Assembly (NCBI GenBank): GCA_044344795.1
Contig: JBIJCF010000009.1
Coordinates: 13,630 to 77,629, forward strand
Length of the DNA stretch: 64,000 bases
DNA from: Bacteroidia bacterium
GTDB lineage: Bacteria; Bacteroidota; Bacteroidia; Palsa-965
Reading direction: 5' to 3'
The stretch's first letter is position 1. Each line of letters starts with the position of its first letter. Positions 1 to 11,900 of the stretch are shown here, piece by piece. The position numbers and the translations under genes were made by a program. Below the pieces are notes generated by a model that did no database searches, was not told where the DNA came from, and worked only from the letters and a program-made list of their open reading frames with translations.

Positions 1-2
1 AT

Positions 3-1130
3 TTATTGAGTCCCGGAAAAACACCAAAAACCAACATGCAGTTTTTGACGTTTTTCATTAACACAATTAAAGCATTTCATGATAACGCTGATTTGTTGCG
101 CGCTACTATTGCTTCTGCCGGAAACGATCATCGTTTAGGTGCGAACGAAGCTCCTCCTGCAATCATGTCTGTATTCTTGGGTACACAACTGTCTGCTGTT
201 CTTGATGAGTTGGAAGAGAAAGTGAAAGCAGGAAAGATGACCACCGAAGAGAAGACTGCATTGAAATTGAACATCGGTAAAATTCCGGACATCTTGTTGG
301 ATAATACCGATCGTAACCGCACTTCTCCGTTTGCGTTCACAGGAAATAAATTTGAATTCCGTGCTGTAGGTTCATCTGCAAATTGCGCCGGACCTATGAC
401 TGTTCTGAATACCATCATGGCTGATCAGTTGAAGAAGTTTAAAGCTGAGGTGGACAAACAGATTGATAAAGGAATGGATAAGGACGAAGCGATTTTGAAA
501 GTGTTACGCGAATACATCGTGGCTTCCAAGCGCATTCGTTTTGAAGGAAACGGTTATGGTGAAGAATGGGTGAAAGAAGCGAAGAAGCGCGGATTGAATA
601 ATTTCAAAACTACTCCGGAAGCTTTGGAAGCTTGGATGCGTAAAGATTTCATTCAGTTGTTCGAACGCAACGGTGTACTCTCTGAGCGCGAGCAACATGC
701 ACGTTATGAAATCTATCTGGAAACATACGTGAAGAAAATTCAGATTGAAGGACGCGTGTTGGGTGACTTAGCGGTGAATCATATTATTCCAACTGCATTG
801 CAATATCAAAACATGCTCATCAACAATGTGCGTGGTTTGAAAGAAGTTTTAGGTGCAAGTGAATTTAAAAAAGCAGGTGCAATTCAGTTGGAAATGATCA
901 GCGAGATTTCTGAACGTATAGCAAACATCAAGAATGGTGTTGATACAATGACAGAAGAACGCAAGAAAGCAAACAATATTGACGATTGGCAGAAGAAGGC
1001 TTACGCCTATTGCAATAAGGTGAGACCTTACTTCGATCAGATTCGCGACAATATCGATAAACTCGAAATGATTGTTGCAGACGAAGCGTGGCCGTTCCCG
1101 AAATATCGCGAACTGTTGTTCACTAAGTAA
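3..1130 (+). CDS. glnN: Glutamine synthetase type III (GlnN), C-terminal part; 5' end cut off by the window edge
   Basis: The ORF is open back to the window start. HRLGANEAPPAIMSVFLG resembles the GS catalytic/C-terminal region (compare GSI ...GYEAPV...). Length and C-terminal extension fit GS III. Stop TAA at 1128-1130. Confidence 0.55.
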   Translation, partial: LLSPGKTPKTNMQFLTFFINTIKAFHDNADLLRATIASAGNDHRLGANEAPPAIMSVFLGTQLSAVLDELEEKVKAGKMTTEEKTALKLNIGKIPDILLDNTDRNRTSPFAFTGNKFEFRAVGSSANCAGPMTVLNTIMADQLKKFKAEVDKQIDKGMDKDEAILKVLREYIVASKRIRFEGNGYGEEWVKEAKKRGLNNFKTTPEALEAWMRKDFIQLFERNGVLSEREQHARYEIYLETYVKKIQIEGRVLGDLAVNHIIPTALQYQNMLINNVRGLKEVLGASEFKKAGAIQLEMISEISERIANIKNGVDTMTEERKKANNIDDWQKKAYAYCNKVRPYFDQIRDNIDKLEMIVADEAWPFPKYRELLFTK

Positions 1131-1251
1131 TCAAGTTAAAGAGCGGAATTTTTTCTGCTCTTTTTGTATCCTTTCAGTTGAGCTGTGTTATATCATTAGA
1201 AACATTGCTCAGGCCTGCTGCGGTGTTCGACGGCAACTAAAAATCGAACAC

Positions 1252-3339
1252 ATGAAACCAACAATTATTATTCTTGGACTTTTGCTGCCATTGTTTATCG
1301 CGGCGTATCCTCCCACTGCTCACGAAGCAGATCAGCTCTATCGTTTAAACCGTTATCGCGAAGCCATTTCGTTGTATCAAAAATCTTTGCCCAAAGCAAA
1401 AGACTCTGCCGACAAAGCGCAGATTTACTTCAACATCGGCGAATGCTATCGTAAACTGAATGACCCCGTGCGTGCGGCTTCTGCTTTTGAATTGGCACAA
1501 CGTCGCGGAATGAAAAACGAACAACTGTTTACACGCTTGGGCGATGCCCATTTGCAAATTGGTGATTACGGCGAAGCACTAATGTGGTATCAAGCCGCAC
1601 GTAAGTATGGAGTAAATACGGTTGCGGTTGACTCATCAATTGCTAAATGTCAACGTGCGAGGAAATGGCAACAATCTAACAGCAGATGGAAAGCGGTTAA
1701 TGTGAAATACATTAACAGCAAAGACGATGATTATTGTCCGACCTGGAATACGAAAAAGTTAACAGGACTTACGTTTACTTCCAAACGCGGGGCATCGAAA
1801 AAAAGCAATGTTGATCGTAATACGGGCAGACCTTTTTCAGACCAATATTCGGCAACTGTAAATTCTTCCGGCAAGTGGACAGCGCCTGCAGCAGAAAAGG
1901 GCGGAGTGAACTTATCTAAAGCGAATGACGGTTCCGCTCATTACAATGCACAACGCAACCGAATATATTTTACGCGCTGCGAATCGAATAAACGTAAAAT
2001 TGAAAAGTGTAAAATTTACTACTCGGACAGACGAGGCAATTCCTGGTCGGATCCGATTATGATTGATTTTCAATTGCCCGTTGAAATGCTGGACAGTTTT
2101 AATTTTCGTCATCCTGCTATAAGCGCTAACGAAGAGGTCTTGGTGTTTTCTTCGGATATGAAAGGAACAAGCGGAGGCGTGTATTCCGACTTGTGGATCA
2201 GTTACCGCGATGTAAAAACAAAAACATGGTTAACGCCAACACGCTTGCCGAATCATATTAACACCGCACGACGAGAAGGATTTCCATATTTGCACGCTGA
2301 CGGCACATTATATTTTGCCAGCGACGGACATGTTGGTATCGGTGGACTTGATGTTTTTATGGCCCCAAAAATTAACGGACAGTGGAGTTGGGGTGAGCCG
2401 GTGAATTTGCAGTCGCCGATTAATTCAAATGCGGATGATTTCGGGTTAATTCTCGATACTAAAAAACAATTGGGTTATGTTTCCTCCAATCGCAAAGGCG
2501 GTAAAGGTGGCGATGACATCTGGCAAGTGTATTATGTGCCGTGTAAAGCAGTGGCAAAAGGTCGTGTATTGGATAGCATTACCGGTGGTGGAATTGCGAA
2601 TGCGAAAATTCAATTGACCGATCGTAACGGAAAAATACTAACCGCGCTTACTAATGCATCCGGAAGTTTTAATTTGGAAATGGAAGAAGGCATGAGTTAT
2701 CAATTGCATTTGTTCACCGAACAAGCACGAGGTGCACAAGGCGAATCTTACTTTGCCCCGGAACGATCATTGATACGCAACATAACTCCTACTAATGAAT
2801 GCACAGATGTTGACGTAACGTGTAAATTGAAAGTCATACCACCAACCGAAATCAAATTTCCTGCAGTGTTCTTTCCATTAAACAGTGCCGAATTAACGAA
2901 AGCATTAAAAGATTCTTTGGATTATTTATACCGTCTGCTCACTGCGAATCCTAATTTGGTGATTGAGCTGGCTGCGCATACTGACAGTCGTGCGGAAGAT
3001 GCTTACAATTTGGAGCTTTCTAATCGAAGAGCAAGAGCGTGTGTAGATTATTTGGTGAAAGAACGAGGAATTGATTCGGCACGATTAGTGGCAAAAGGAT
3101 ATGGCGAAACGCGTCCGTTGAAATGGAATAATGGACAAATTTTAACCGAAAAATACATCGCCTCACGTCCCAAGCAGGAACAGGAACAACTGCACGCCAT
3201 GAACCGCAGAACCGTTTTTCGGGTCATCCGAACCGATTATGGAGTAAAACCCGGCTCGGAACCGGTGCAAACCATCAATGTAGTAAAAAGCGTTTACGAT
3301 GAGTCCGGATTGCAAATTCCTGCTAATTCAGAGGATTGA
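1252..3339 (+). CDS. OmpA-family envelope protein: signal peptide + TPR repeats + TolB/PD40-like beta-propeller repeats + C-terminal OmpA/MotB peptidoglycan-binding domain
   Basis: ATG at 1252 gives MKPTIIILGLLLPLFIAA, a signal-like N-terminus. TPR-like N-terminal region (YQKSLPK...GECYRKLND). Repeated FASD/YFTSNR-type propeller motifs. C-terminus ELAAHTDSRAEDAYNLELSNRRARACVDYL is the canonical OmpA_C motif. Confidence 0.8.
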   Translation: MKPTIIILGLLLPLFIAAYPPTAHEADQLYRLNRYREAISLYQKSLPKAKDSADKAQIYFNIGECYRKLNDPVRAASAFELAQRRGMKNEQLFTRLGDAHLQIGDYGEALMWYQAARKYGVNTVAVDSSIAKCQRARKWQQSNSRWKAVNVKYINSKDDDYCPTWNTKKLTGLTFTSKRGASKKSNVDRNTGRPFSDQYSATVNSSGKWTAPAAEKGGVNLSKANDGSAHYNAQRNRIYFTRCESNKRKIEKCKIYYSDRRGNSWSDPIMIDFQLPVEMLDSFNFRHPAISANEEVLVFSSDMKGTSGGVYSDLWISYRDVKTKTWLTPTRLPNHINTARREGFPYLHADGTLYFASDGHVGIGGLDVFMAPKINGQWSWGEPVNLQSPINSNADDFGLILDTKKQLGYVSSNRKGGKGGDDIWQVYYVPCKAVAKGRVLDSITGGGIANAKIQLTDRNGKILTALTNASGSFNLEMEEGMSYQLHLFTEQARGAQGESYFAPERSLIRNITPTNECTDVDVTCKLKVIPPTEIKFPAVFFPLNSAELTKALKDSLDYLYRLLTANPNLVIELAAHTDSRAEDAYNLELSNRRARACVDYLVKERGIDSARLVAKGYGETRPLKWNNGQILTEKYIASRPKQEQEQLHAMNRRTVFRVIRTDYGVKPGSEPVQTINVVKSVYDESGLQIPANSED

Positions 3340-3513
3340 TAATCAGCAAAATAGACCAATCGTCACGTGTCGGAGGAGTGGAATTCGTTTCTTTTCTCTT
3401 CCGGCACGTTATATCGTAAAAATTAACTTTTTCATCGTAGGGTTTCGCTTTTTCATGGATTTGTATATCTTAGCAGCCTACACAAAAAAGAAACACTAAA
3501 CTTTTTGCACCGT

Positions 3514-5781
3514 ATGAAACTGATGAAGGTACTTTCTGCTGTCGTAGTGTTGATGCTCGCGTTTACAATTAATGCAAACGCTCAAAAGAATTATATCCGT
3601 GATGCGGATAAGGCTTTTGACTCGCAGCAATACTTCAATGCAAGCGATCTTTACAAAAAGGGCATGTCCAAAATCAAAAACAAACAGGAGAAAGCCCGTA
3701 TTACATTCCAAATTGCGGAATGTTATCGTAAGATGAATGATTGGAAAAACGCTGAAGCTTGGTATGCCAAGGCTATCAAGGCAAAGCACGTGGACGACAA
3801 GATGTACTTGTGGTTCGCAGAGGCGAAGAAAATCAATGAGAAATACGATGAAGCCATTACGGCTTTTAAAGATTATCAAACACGAGTTCCTTCAGATCCA
3901 CGCGGTGAAAACGGTGTGAAGTCTTCTGAGCTGGCACAGAAATGGAAAGATTCGCCTTCTCGTTGGGTAATCGAGAACATGGCTCAGATCAACTCGAAAG
4001 ATTATGACTTCTCCCCAACTTACGGAGACAAGAAGCACACTTCATTGATCTTCACTTCTAAGCGTGAAGGCCAAACCGGAAGTAAAGTAGACCCTGTTTC
4101 AGGCACCATGTATTCTGACTTGTTCGAAACAAAAGTGGACAAAAACGGCAAATGGTCAACCCCATCAACAATTCAGGGAGGTGTTAACTCTGGAACTTCT
4201 AATGAAGGTGCAAGTTGTGTTAATAAAAAAGGCGACAAAATCTATTTTACTCGCTGCGACCAGGCTAAAAAGAAATTCGTAACCTGTAAAATATACGTTT
4301 CTGTTAAGAAAGGCAACTCTTGGGGCGATCCTGAAGTAGTTGATTTCGGATTGGAAGCTGCTATATTGGATAGCTTCAACTTCCGTCACCCAACCGTGAG
4401 CGCTGATGAAACGGTAATGGTGTTCTCTTCAGACATGACCGGCTCTATGGGTGGTGAAAAGTCTGATTTGTGGATGTCGACGTACGATAAAAAGTCGAAA
4501 AAATGGGGCAAACCGGTGAACTTAGGTTCTCAAATCAATACTGTTGGTCGTGAAGGTTTCCCTTACTTACACGAAGATGGTAACTTGTATTATTCTTCTG
4601 ATGGACTGTTGGGCATGGGTGGTTTGGATATTTTCAAGGCTACTCGTACCTCTGACAAAGAGTGGAAGTGGTCTGCTCCTGAAAATATGAAGTATCCTAT
4701 GAACTCTGCTAAAGACGATTTCGGTGTAGTGTTCGATGGTAAAAAAGATCGTGGTTACTTGACTTCTAACCGTGAAGGAACAAAAGGAATGGACGATATC
4801 TGGTCGTTCAACTTACCTCCATTGGTATTCAAATTGGATGGTCGTGTAACCGACTGCATATACGGACCATCGGTTTCTGTTGAAGGCGCTACTGTTCGTA
4901 TGGTTGGTTCTGACGGCTCTGCGTTAGAAGTTCCAACAGATAAGGACGGAAAGTATCACTTCGACTTGCTGCCTGAAGTTTCTTACGTATTGACAGTATA
5001 TTCTGATAAAGCGAAGAGCCCCAAGGCTGAAGGTTATTTGAACTTGCCTGATAAGGACAAAGGTAAATTGACTACTGTAGGAGAAATGACTTCCAAGAAC
5101 TATACATTGGATTTCTGTCTGGTTCCTGCTGAAACGGAGATTCGCTTCCCCGCAGTTCTTTATGATCTTGGATTAGCAACATTGCGCCCGGAATCTAAAG
5201 ATTCCTTGAACTTCTTGTATCAGACGTTAATGGACAACCCGACTATCGTTATTGAGATTGGGTCTCACACGGACTCCCGCGGTTCTAATGCTTCTAACCA
5301 GAAACTTTCTGAAGCACGTGCGAAGTCTTGCGTAGATTACTTAGTAATTGAAAAGAAAATTCCTGCTGAGCGTCTAAAGTTTAAAGGTTACGGAGAAGAG
5401 CGTCCGTTGCGTATGTTGGATGGTTCTATCTTAACTGAGAAATATATCATGGCGAAGAAGACGAAGCAAGAGCAAGAAGCCTTGCACCAGTTGAATCGTC
5501 GTACTGCGTTCCGCGTTGTATCTTGGGATTATGTTGATCCAAACGCTCCTAAAGATCAGAACCAGCGTAAGATTATCAAGCCAAAGGTTTTAGGTGGTGC
5601 ATTCGATGATTTCGGTGACACAACAGGTACAGACGTTGAGCAACCTCCAATGGGTGGTAGCGGCGGAACTCCTGCTCCACAAGCTGCTCCTGCAGGTGGT
5701 GGTTCAGCTCCTGCTCCGGCAGGTGACAAGCCTAAAGCAGCAGGTACTCCGGCACCAAATCAGCCGAAGCCAAAGTATTAA
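3514..5781 (+). CDS. Second OmpA-family TPR/beta-propeller protein (paralog of 1252..3339) with a Pro/Ala/Gly-rich C-terminal tail
   Basis: Same architecture and many collinear motifs as the upstream gene (YFTRC, FNFRHP, GFPYLH, OmpA_C motif GSHTDSRGSNASNQKLSEARAKSCVDYL). Low-complexity tail ...GGSGGTPAPQAAPAGGGSAPAPAGDKPKAAGTPAPNQPKPKY. ATG at 3514 (MKLMKVLSAVVVLMLAFT signal peptide). A TTG at 3505 is also possible. Confidence 0.8.
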   Translation: MKLMKVLSAVVVLMLAFTINANAQKNYIRDADKAFDSQQYFNASDLYKKGMSKIKNKQEKARITFQIAECYRKMNDWKNAEAWYAKAIKAKHVDDKMYLWFAEAKKINEKYDEAITAFKDYQTRVPSDPRGENGVKSSELAQKWKDSPSRWVIENMAQINSKDYDFSPTYGDKKHTSLIFTSKREGQTGSKVDPVSGTMYSDLFETKVDKNGKWSTPSTIQGGVNSGTSNEGASCVNKKGDKIYFTRCDQAKKKFVTCKIYVSVKKGNSWGDPEVVDFGLEAAILDSFNFRHPTVSADETVMVFSSDMTGSMGGEKSDLWMSTYDKKSKKWGKPVNLGSQINTVGREGFPYLHEDGNLYYSSDGLLGMGGLDIFKATRTSDKEWKWSAPENMKYPMNSAKDDFGVVFDGKKDRGYLTSNREGTKGMDDIWSFNLPPLVFKLDGRVTDCIYGPSVSVEGATVRMVGSDGSALEVPTDKDGKYHFDLLPEVSYVLTVYSDKAKSPKAEGYLNLPDKDKGKLTTVGEMTSKNYTLDFCLVPAETEIRFPAVLYDLGLATLRPESKDSLNFLYQTLMDNPTIVIEIGSHTDSRGSNASNQKLSEARAKSCVDYLVIEKKIPAERLKFKGYGEERPLRMLDGSILTEKYIMAKKTKQEQEALHQLNRRTAFRVVSWDYVDPNAPKDQNQRKIIKPKVLGGAFDDFGDTTGTDVEQPPMGGSGGTPAPQAAPAGGGSAPAPAGDKPKAAGTPAPNQPKPKY

Positions 5782-5804
5782 TAGCTTTTATTCTCGTAAA
5801 TTTG

Positions 5805-5834
5805 AATCCCGCAAAACTGCGGGATTCTTTTTTT
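5805..5834 (+). terminator. Rho-independent terminator after the second OmpA paralog
   Basis: aatcccgc-aaaact-gcgggatt hairpin followed by a T-run (ctttttttat). It ends 3 nt before the ATG at 5838. Confidence 0.7.
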
Positions 5835-5837
5835 ATC

Positions 5838-7013
5838 ATGAGCGACATAAAATACAACTTACGCGGAGTGTCCGCTTCCAAAGAAGATGTGCATAACGCC
5901 ATTAGCAAGCTCGATAAAGGCTTGTTCCCAAAAGCGTTTTGTAAGATTGTTCCCGACTTCCTCACCAACGATCCGGAATATTGCCTAATCATGCATGCAG
6001 ACGGCGCCGGTACAAAGTCATCATTGGCGTACATGTATTGGAAAGAAACGGGCGACTTGTCGGTTTGGAAAGGCATTGCGCAAGATGCTATAGTGATGAA
6101 TACAGATGATTTGTTGTGCGTGGGCGCGACAGATAATATCATGTTGTCGTCCACCATCGGCAGAAATAAAAATTTAATTCCCGGTGAAGTAATTAGTGCG
6201 GTTATTGCAGGCACTGAAGAAGTGTTGGCCGAATTGCGTGAGCTGGGAGTTGGTATTTACAGCACGGGCGGAGAAACAGCAGATGTTGGTGATTTAGTGC
6301 GCACGATGATTGTGGACTCAACCGTGGTGTGTCGCATGAAGCGCAGCGATGTGATCAGCAATGATCGTATTCAGGCGGGAAATGTAATTGTGGGGCTGGC
6401 TTCGTTTGGTCGGGCCACTTACGAAAAGGAATACAACGGCGGCATGGGCAGCAACGGCTTAACCAGTGCGCGTCATGATGTTTTTGGAAAATACCTGGCA
6501 GCAAAATATCCGGAGAGTTATGATGCGCTGGTGCCGGAAGAATTAATTTACAGCGGCTCTAAAAAGCTTACCGATGAAATTGAAGTAGCGCCCGGACAGA
6601 AAATAACTGCTGGGAAATTGGTATTGTCGCCAACACGCACTTACGCGCCTATCATCGCAGAAATTCTGAAAACCATGCGCAGCACAATATACGGCATGGT
6701 ACATTGCAGTGGTGGCGCACAAACCAAAGTGTTACACTTTGTGGACGGTGTGCACATCATTAAAGATAATTTGTTTGCTACGCCGCCTTTGTTTCGTTTG
6801 ATTCAGGAAGAAAGTAAAACAGATTGGAAAGAAATGTACAAGGTGTTTAATATGGGGCACCGTATGGAAATATATACCGACGAACAAAGTGCAGCAGAAA
6901 TCATTGCTATATCAAATAAATTTGGCGTAGCGGCACAAATCATCGGGCGAGTGGAACAAGCAGATAAAGCACGTGTGACCATTCGTTCCGAACATGGAGT
7001 ATTTGAATATTAA
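5838..7013 (+). CDS. AIR synthase-related (PurM-like) protein
   Basis: HADGAGTKSSLAY resembles the PurM N-domain DGVGTK motif. Length ~390 aa and the C-terminal PurM-like fold signature (MVHCSGGAQTK) fit the Bacteroidetes AIR-synthase-related family. ATG at 5838 sits directly after the terminator. Confidence 0.55.
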   Translation: MSDIKYNLRGVSASKEDVHNAISKLDKGLFPKAFCKIVPDFLTNDPEYCLIMHADGAGTKSSLAYMYWKETGDLSVWKGIAQDAIVMNTDDLLCVGATDNIMLSSTIGRNKNLIPGEVISAVIAGTEEVLAELRELGVGIYSTGGETADVGDLVRTMIVDSTVVCRMKRSDVISNDRIQAGNVIVGLASFGRATYEKEYNGGMGSNGLTSARHDVFGKYLAAKYPESYDALVPEELIYSGSKKLTDEIEVAPGQKITAGKLVLSPTRTYAPIIAEILKTMRSTIYGMVHCSGGAQTKVLHFVDGVHIIKDNLFATPPLFRLIQEESKTDWKEMYKVFNMGHRMEIYTDEQSAAEIIAISNKFGVAAQIIGRVEQADKARVTIRSEHGVFEY

Positions 7014-7023
7014 GTAACAAAAC

Positions 7024-8097
7024 ATGTTAGATAAATTAGCGGCGCTGGAAAAGCGTTACAGAGATATTGAGTTTCAATTGGCCGATCCGTCTGTGATTGC
7101 CGATATGAAAAAGTTCAAGCAATTGAACATGGATTACCGCCAGCTGGAGCCGGTGGTGCAAGCGTTTCACGAATACAAACGCGTGATCGATAATATCGCT
7201 TCTGCGAAAAACGTATTGAATATCGAAAAGGATCCTGACTTCACGGATATGGCGAAAGCTGAATTGGAAGAGCTGGAACCTAAAAAAGATGAACTGGAAG
7301 AGAAGATTCGTTACTTGCTCATTCCAAAAGATCCGGAAGATGCACGCAATGCTATTCTTGAAATTCGTGCCGGAACAGGTGGGGATGAAGCTTCCATTTT
7401 CGCGGGCGATTTGTTCCGTATGTATGCGCGCTACTGTGAAACTATTGGACTGAAAGTAGAGGTGGTGGACGAGAGTGAAGGAACAGCAGGCGGTTACAAG
7501 GAAATTATTGCAAATATCATTGGCGATAACGCTTACGGAATATTAAAATATGAATCGGGAGTGCACCGTGTACAACGTGTTCCGGAAACAGAAACACAAG
7601 GACGTGTTCATACTTCTGCTGCTACTGTAGTGGTGTTGCCGGAAGCGGATGAAGTTGATGTTGTGATCAATCCTGCTGACCTCGAATTGCAAACTGCGCG
7701 TTCCGGTGGTGCGGGTGGACAGAACGTTAACAAGGTGGAAACCAAAGTGATGTTGACGCACAAACCTACGGGCATTGTGGTAACGTGTCAGGTGGAACGT
7801 TCGCAGCACGGTAACCGTGAGCGGGCTATGCAAATGTTGCGTACGAAGTTGTACGAAATTGAATTCAACAAAAAGATGGAAGCAGAAACTTCACGACGTA
7901 AGTCTATGGTTTCTACCGGCGATCGTTCCGCGAAAATCCGCACGTATAATTATCCGCAGAGCCGTATTACCGATCACCGCATCGGCTTAACGCAATACAA
8001 CTTGGACGCGTTTATGAACGGTGAAATTCAACCAATGATTGATGCCTTGCAAATGGCAGAAAATGCGGAGAAATTGAAAGAACAAGTAAGTCAATAA
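7024..8097 (+). CDS. prfA: Peptide chain release factor 1
   Basis: GGQ motif ([16 protein letters not shown]). RF1-type PxT tripeptide region ([21 protein letters not shown]). Full-length 357 aa. Confidence 0.9.
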   Translation: MLDKLAALEKRYRDIEFQLADPSVIADMKKFKQLNMDYRQLEPVVQAFHEYKRVIDNIASAKNVLNIEKDPDFTDMAKAELEELEPKKDELEEKIRYLLIPKDPEDARNAILEIRAGTGGDEASIFAGDLFRMYARYCETIGLKVEVVDESEGTAGGYKEIIANIIGDNAYGILKYESGVHRVQRVPETETQGRVHTSAATVVVLPEADEVDVVINPADLELQTARSGGAGGQNVNKVETKVMLTHKPTGIVVTCQVERSQHGNRERAMQMLRTKLYEIEFNKKMEAETSRRKSMVSTGDRSAKIRTYNYPQSRITDHRIGLTQYNLDAFMNGEIQPMIDALQMAENAEKLKEQVSQ

Positions 8098-8101
8098 AAC
8101 T

Positions 8102-8917
8102 ATGAATCGCCAGCAACTGATCGCAGCTATTCAACGCAAGAAGTCGTTTCTGTGCGTAGGATTGGATACGGATATCAAAAAGATTCCGCAGCATTTGTTG
8201 GATCGGGAAGATCCTGTGGCAGCTTTTAATAAAGCAATCATAGAAGCAACTGCTGATTTGTGTGTGGCGTATAAACCCAATCTCGCGTTTTACGAATGCG
8301 AAGGTGCGAAAGGATGGGAAAGTCTGCGTGCAACGATGGTTGCTGTTCCCGGCGATTGTTTCACCATTGCGGATGCGAAACGCGGAGATATCGGTAATAC
8401 TTCAGGAATGTATGCACGTGCATTTTTTGAAAATTATAATTTTCATAGCGTTACTGTTGCGCCTTATATGGGAAGCGATTCCGTAAAGCCGTTTTTACAA
8501 TACGAAAATCGTTGGGTGATATTATTGGCACTAACCAGCAACGAAGGCGCTTTCGATTTTGAAACATTGAAATTAGAGGACGGAACGCCGCTGTATGAAC
8601 AAGTGTTAAAGACTTCATCACAATGGGGAACGCCTGAGAACATGATGTATGTTATCGGTGCTACAAAAACTGAATACATCGCTGCTATCCGTAAAATTGT
8701 TCCGGATCATTTCTTCTTGGTGCCCGGCGTTGGAGCGCAGGGCGGAAGTTTGTCGGAAGTTGCGAAATGCGGCATGAACAAAGAATGTGGTTTACTCGTT
8801 AATGCATCACGATCTATCTTGTACGCATCTTCGGGTACAGATTTTGCAGACAAAGCACGGGAAGAAGCCCTGAAGATGCAACAGGAGATGGCGGCATTAC
8901 TCGATCAGTATTTATAG
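8102..8917 (+). CDS. pyrF: Orotidine 5'-phosphate decarboxylase (long, type 2 form)
   Basis: N-terminus [12 protein letters not shown]... and ~270 aa length are typical of type-2 OMP decarboxylase. Conserved [10 protein letters not shown] motif. Confidence 0.85.
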   Translation: MNRQQLIAAIQRKKSFLCVGLDTDIKKIPQHLLDREDPVAAFNKAIIEATADLCVAYKPNLAFYECEGAKGWESLRATMVAVPGDCFTIADAKRGDIGNTSGMYARAFFENYNFHSVTVAPYMGSDSVKPFLQYENRWVILLALTSNEGAFDFETLKLEDGTPLYEQVLKTSSQWGTPENMMYVIGATKTEYIAAIRKIVPDHFFLVPGVGAQGGSLSEVAKCGMNKECGLLVNASRSILYASSGTDFADKAREEALKMQQEMAALLDQYL

Positions 8918-8937
8918 TATAAAAAATAAACCCGCAC

Positions 8938-11900
8938 ATGACGGCGTTCTTGCGATCTAAAAAATTCTGGAAGCGTACCGTATTCATTGCGCTGGTGCTG
9001 CCGATGTTGCTATTCGTCACCGCAATTGCGATCGTTTATTTCAATCAACAAAAAATTGCGCAACATATTCTGGAAGAAGTCAATTCCGGAATTCGTGGTC
9101 GTGTAACGATGAGTTACAGTTCGGTGGCGCCGTTTGCCGACTTCCCTTACATCACAGTCGATTTGCACGATGTACGTCTATTTAAGGACAAGCAAACCAA
9201 CGTAGAGCCGATTGCCGACATCGATCACGTATTTGTAGGATTTGACATTTGGTCGGTAACGGCCGGAACATTTGAATTAGGTGCTATAAAATTAAAAAAT
9301 GGGAAACTTTTAATAATTCAGCATAAAGACGGTACTACAAACGTCGCGAACGTGTTCGAATCTTTAGAAGTAGATACGGCATCGACAACTGCGGGGACTA
9401 AAATCGATTTACGTTCCGTTAAGTTGGATTCCGTTGATGTTCACAAAATCAATGAAGCGACAGGCTTACAGGTAGATGCGCTGATTCACCAAGCGAAAGC
9501 AGGCGTGAGTATGTCCGATGATCATTTTGATGTGGAACTGGATGCGAAATCTACCGTGACGATTTTGATGGAAGATGATACCACGTTTTTGCATGATAAG
9601 CATGTGGATCTTATTACAGGAATTCGAATTGATCATAAAAAAGGCAAACTGGATTTCGATCATTCCATAGTAAAAATTGAAGGCGCGGAGATTGAAATGA
9701 AGGGCGGTGTCGATTTGTTAGATGATATCAATATGAATCTGACATTCGAAGGCAATAAGCCCAATTTTGAACTCTTCATGGCTTTTGCTCCGCCTGAATT
9801 GCAGCCTTTCCTCGCGCAATACGATAACCGTGGGAAAATTTATTTTAATTGTTCATTAAAAGGCAAAACCTTAAACGGTCAACAACCTGCTATAAATGCC
9901 AAGTTCGGGTGTGAGCAAGCGTATTTCGCCAATACGAACACCAATAAGAAACTCGATCAGATGCACTTCGCAGGTTCTTTCACCAACGGAGATAGTCTCA
10001 ATTTGTCCACGATGGAATTTCGTCTGAACGATTTCTTCGCAAAGCCCGATGCCGGTGAATTTAGCGGAGATCTTGTGGTGAAAAATTTTGAAGCGCCGGA
10101 TATTGATTTATCATTAAAATCAGATTTTGATTTGGAATTTCTTACCAAGTTCCTGAATGTGGAATCCTTGCAGAACTTGAAAGGTCGTGTGCTGTTGTCT
10201 ATGAAGTTTCATGATCTTATTGACCCGAAACATCCTGAACGAAGTGTCGAGAAATTGAACGAGTCGTACGAAACGGAATTAACGGTAAGTAAACTCAGTT
10301 TCAAAAGTCCGGACTTTTACTTGCCCTTACAAAATCTTGATCTGAAAGCCCACATGGACGGGCATACGGCGCTGATCGATTATTGCAACGTACAAGTTGG
10401 TAATAGCGACGTTTCGCTTTCGGGAAGTGTCAGTGATTTGCCGGCGATCATTCATCACACTTCGGATCAGGTAGAATCCAAATTGCGCATCAGTTCGAAA
10501 AAGTTGGATCTGTTTCAGCTAACCTCTAATGATACGGTCAACAAAAAACCGTTTAAAGAAGTCATTCGCAACTTCAGTATGGGCTTACATTTCGTGAGTT
10601 CTGCGAAGGCATTTACGGAATCACCCAACTTACCGATTGGAGAATTTTTCATCGATAACCTATATGCCGACATGCAGAACTATCCACATCGCCTGCACGA
10701 TTTTCATGCCGATGTGATTATTGATACGATCGACTTTAACGTAATTGACTTCACAGGCATCATTGATGAAAGCGATTTCCACTTTAACGGTAAATTGTCG
10801 CGTTACGACATGTGGTTCATGGAACATCCGAAGGGAGATACACGTTTGGAGTTTGATCTTACTTCGAAGTTGCTGCAATTGGATAATTTGTTTTCATACA
10901 ACGGTGCCAATTACGTGCCGGAAGACTGGAGACACGAAGAGTTACGCGGTTTCAAATTTCACGGGCATGCCGATTTGCATTTTAATGAAGGTTTGCAGTC
11001 GACAGATCTTTATATGGATCGTGTGGATGCCTCGTTGAAAGTACATCCGTTAAAATTGGAACGCTTCAGCGGACGTTTTCATCTCGAACAGGAACAGCTT
11101 ACGGTTACATCGTGTCAGGGAAAAGCGGGTAAATCGGATTGGAAGATGGACATGGATTATTTCTTGGGTAAAGATGAAAAGAAACGCAAGAAAAAAGATC
11201 GTCTCGTATTTCAATCGGGCGTGTTAGATTTTGATGAATTGTTTTCTTACGTGCACCCAAAAGCAGAAGCTCGTGAAGGCAGCGCGCACGACAGTGTATT
11301 TAATATTTACACCGTTCCTTTTCCGGATATGGATTATCAATTGTCGATAGGTCGCATGAATTATCACAAGTATTTACTCACCGGAGTGAATGCAAAATTG
11401 CACACGACGAAAAATCATTACTTGTATATCGACACGCTGAGTATGGGCATTGCCGGTGGGACGATGCACATGAATGGATATTTCGACGGCACTGATCCAA
11501 AGAAGATTTATTTTAATCCAATAATTAAAACAGATAAAGTGCAACTCGATCAGTTATTATTCAAGTTCGACAATTTCGGACAAGATTATATGCTCTCGAA
11601 TAATTTGCACGGACAACTCACATCCACCATTACGGGTAAAATCCGCACACATGCCGATCTGGTTCCAATACTTGAAGAATCTGACATCAGCATAGGTGCA
11701 ACGGTGTATAACGGACGTTTGGAAAACTATGCTCCGTTCGAAGCATTAGCGCCGTATTTCCCGGATAAGAATTTAAAGCAGGTACGTTTTGATACTTTAT
11801 CGAATACGTTCCAAGTGAAGAACGGCAAGCTCATTATTCCAAACATGACGATCAATTCCACACTCGGTTATTTGCAAATGGACGGAGAACAAGAAATGGT

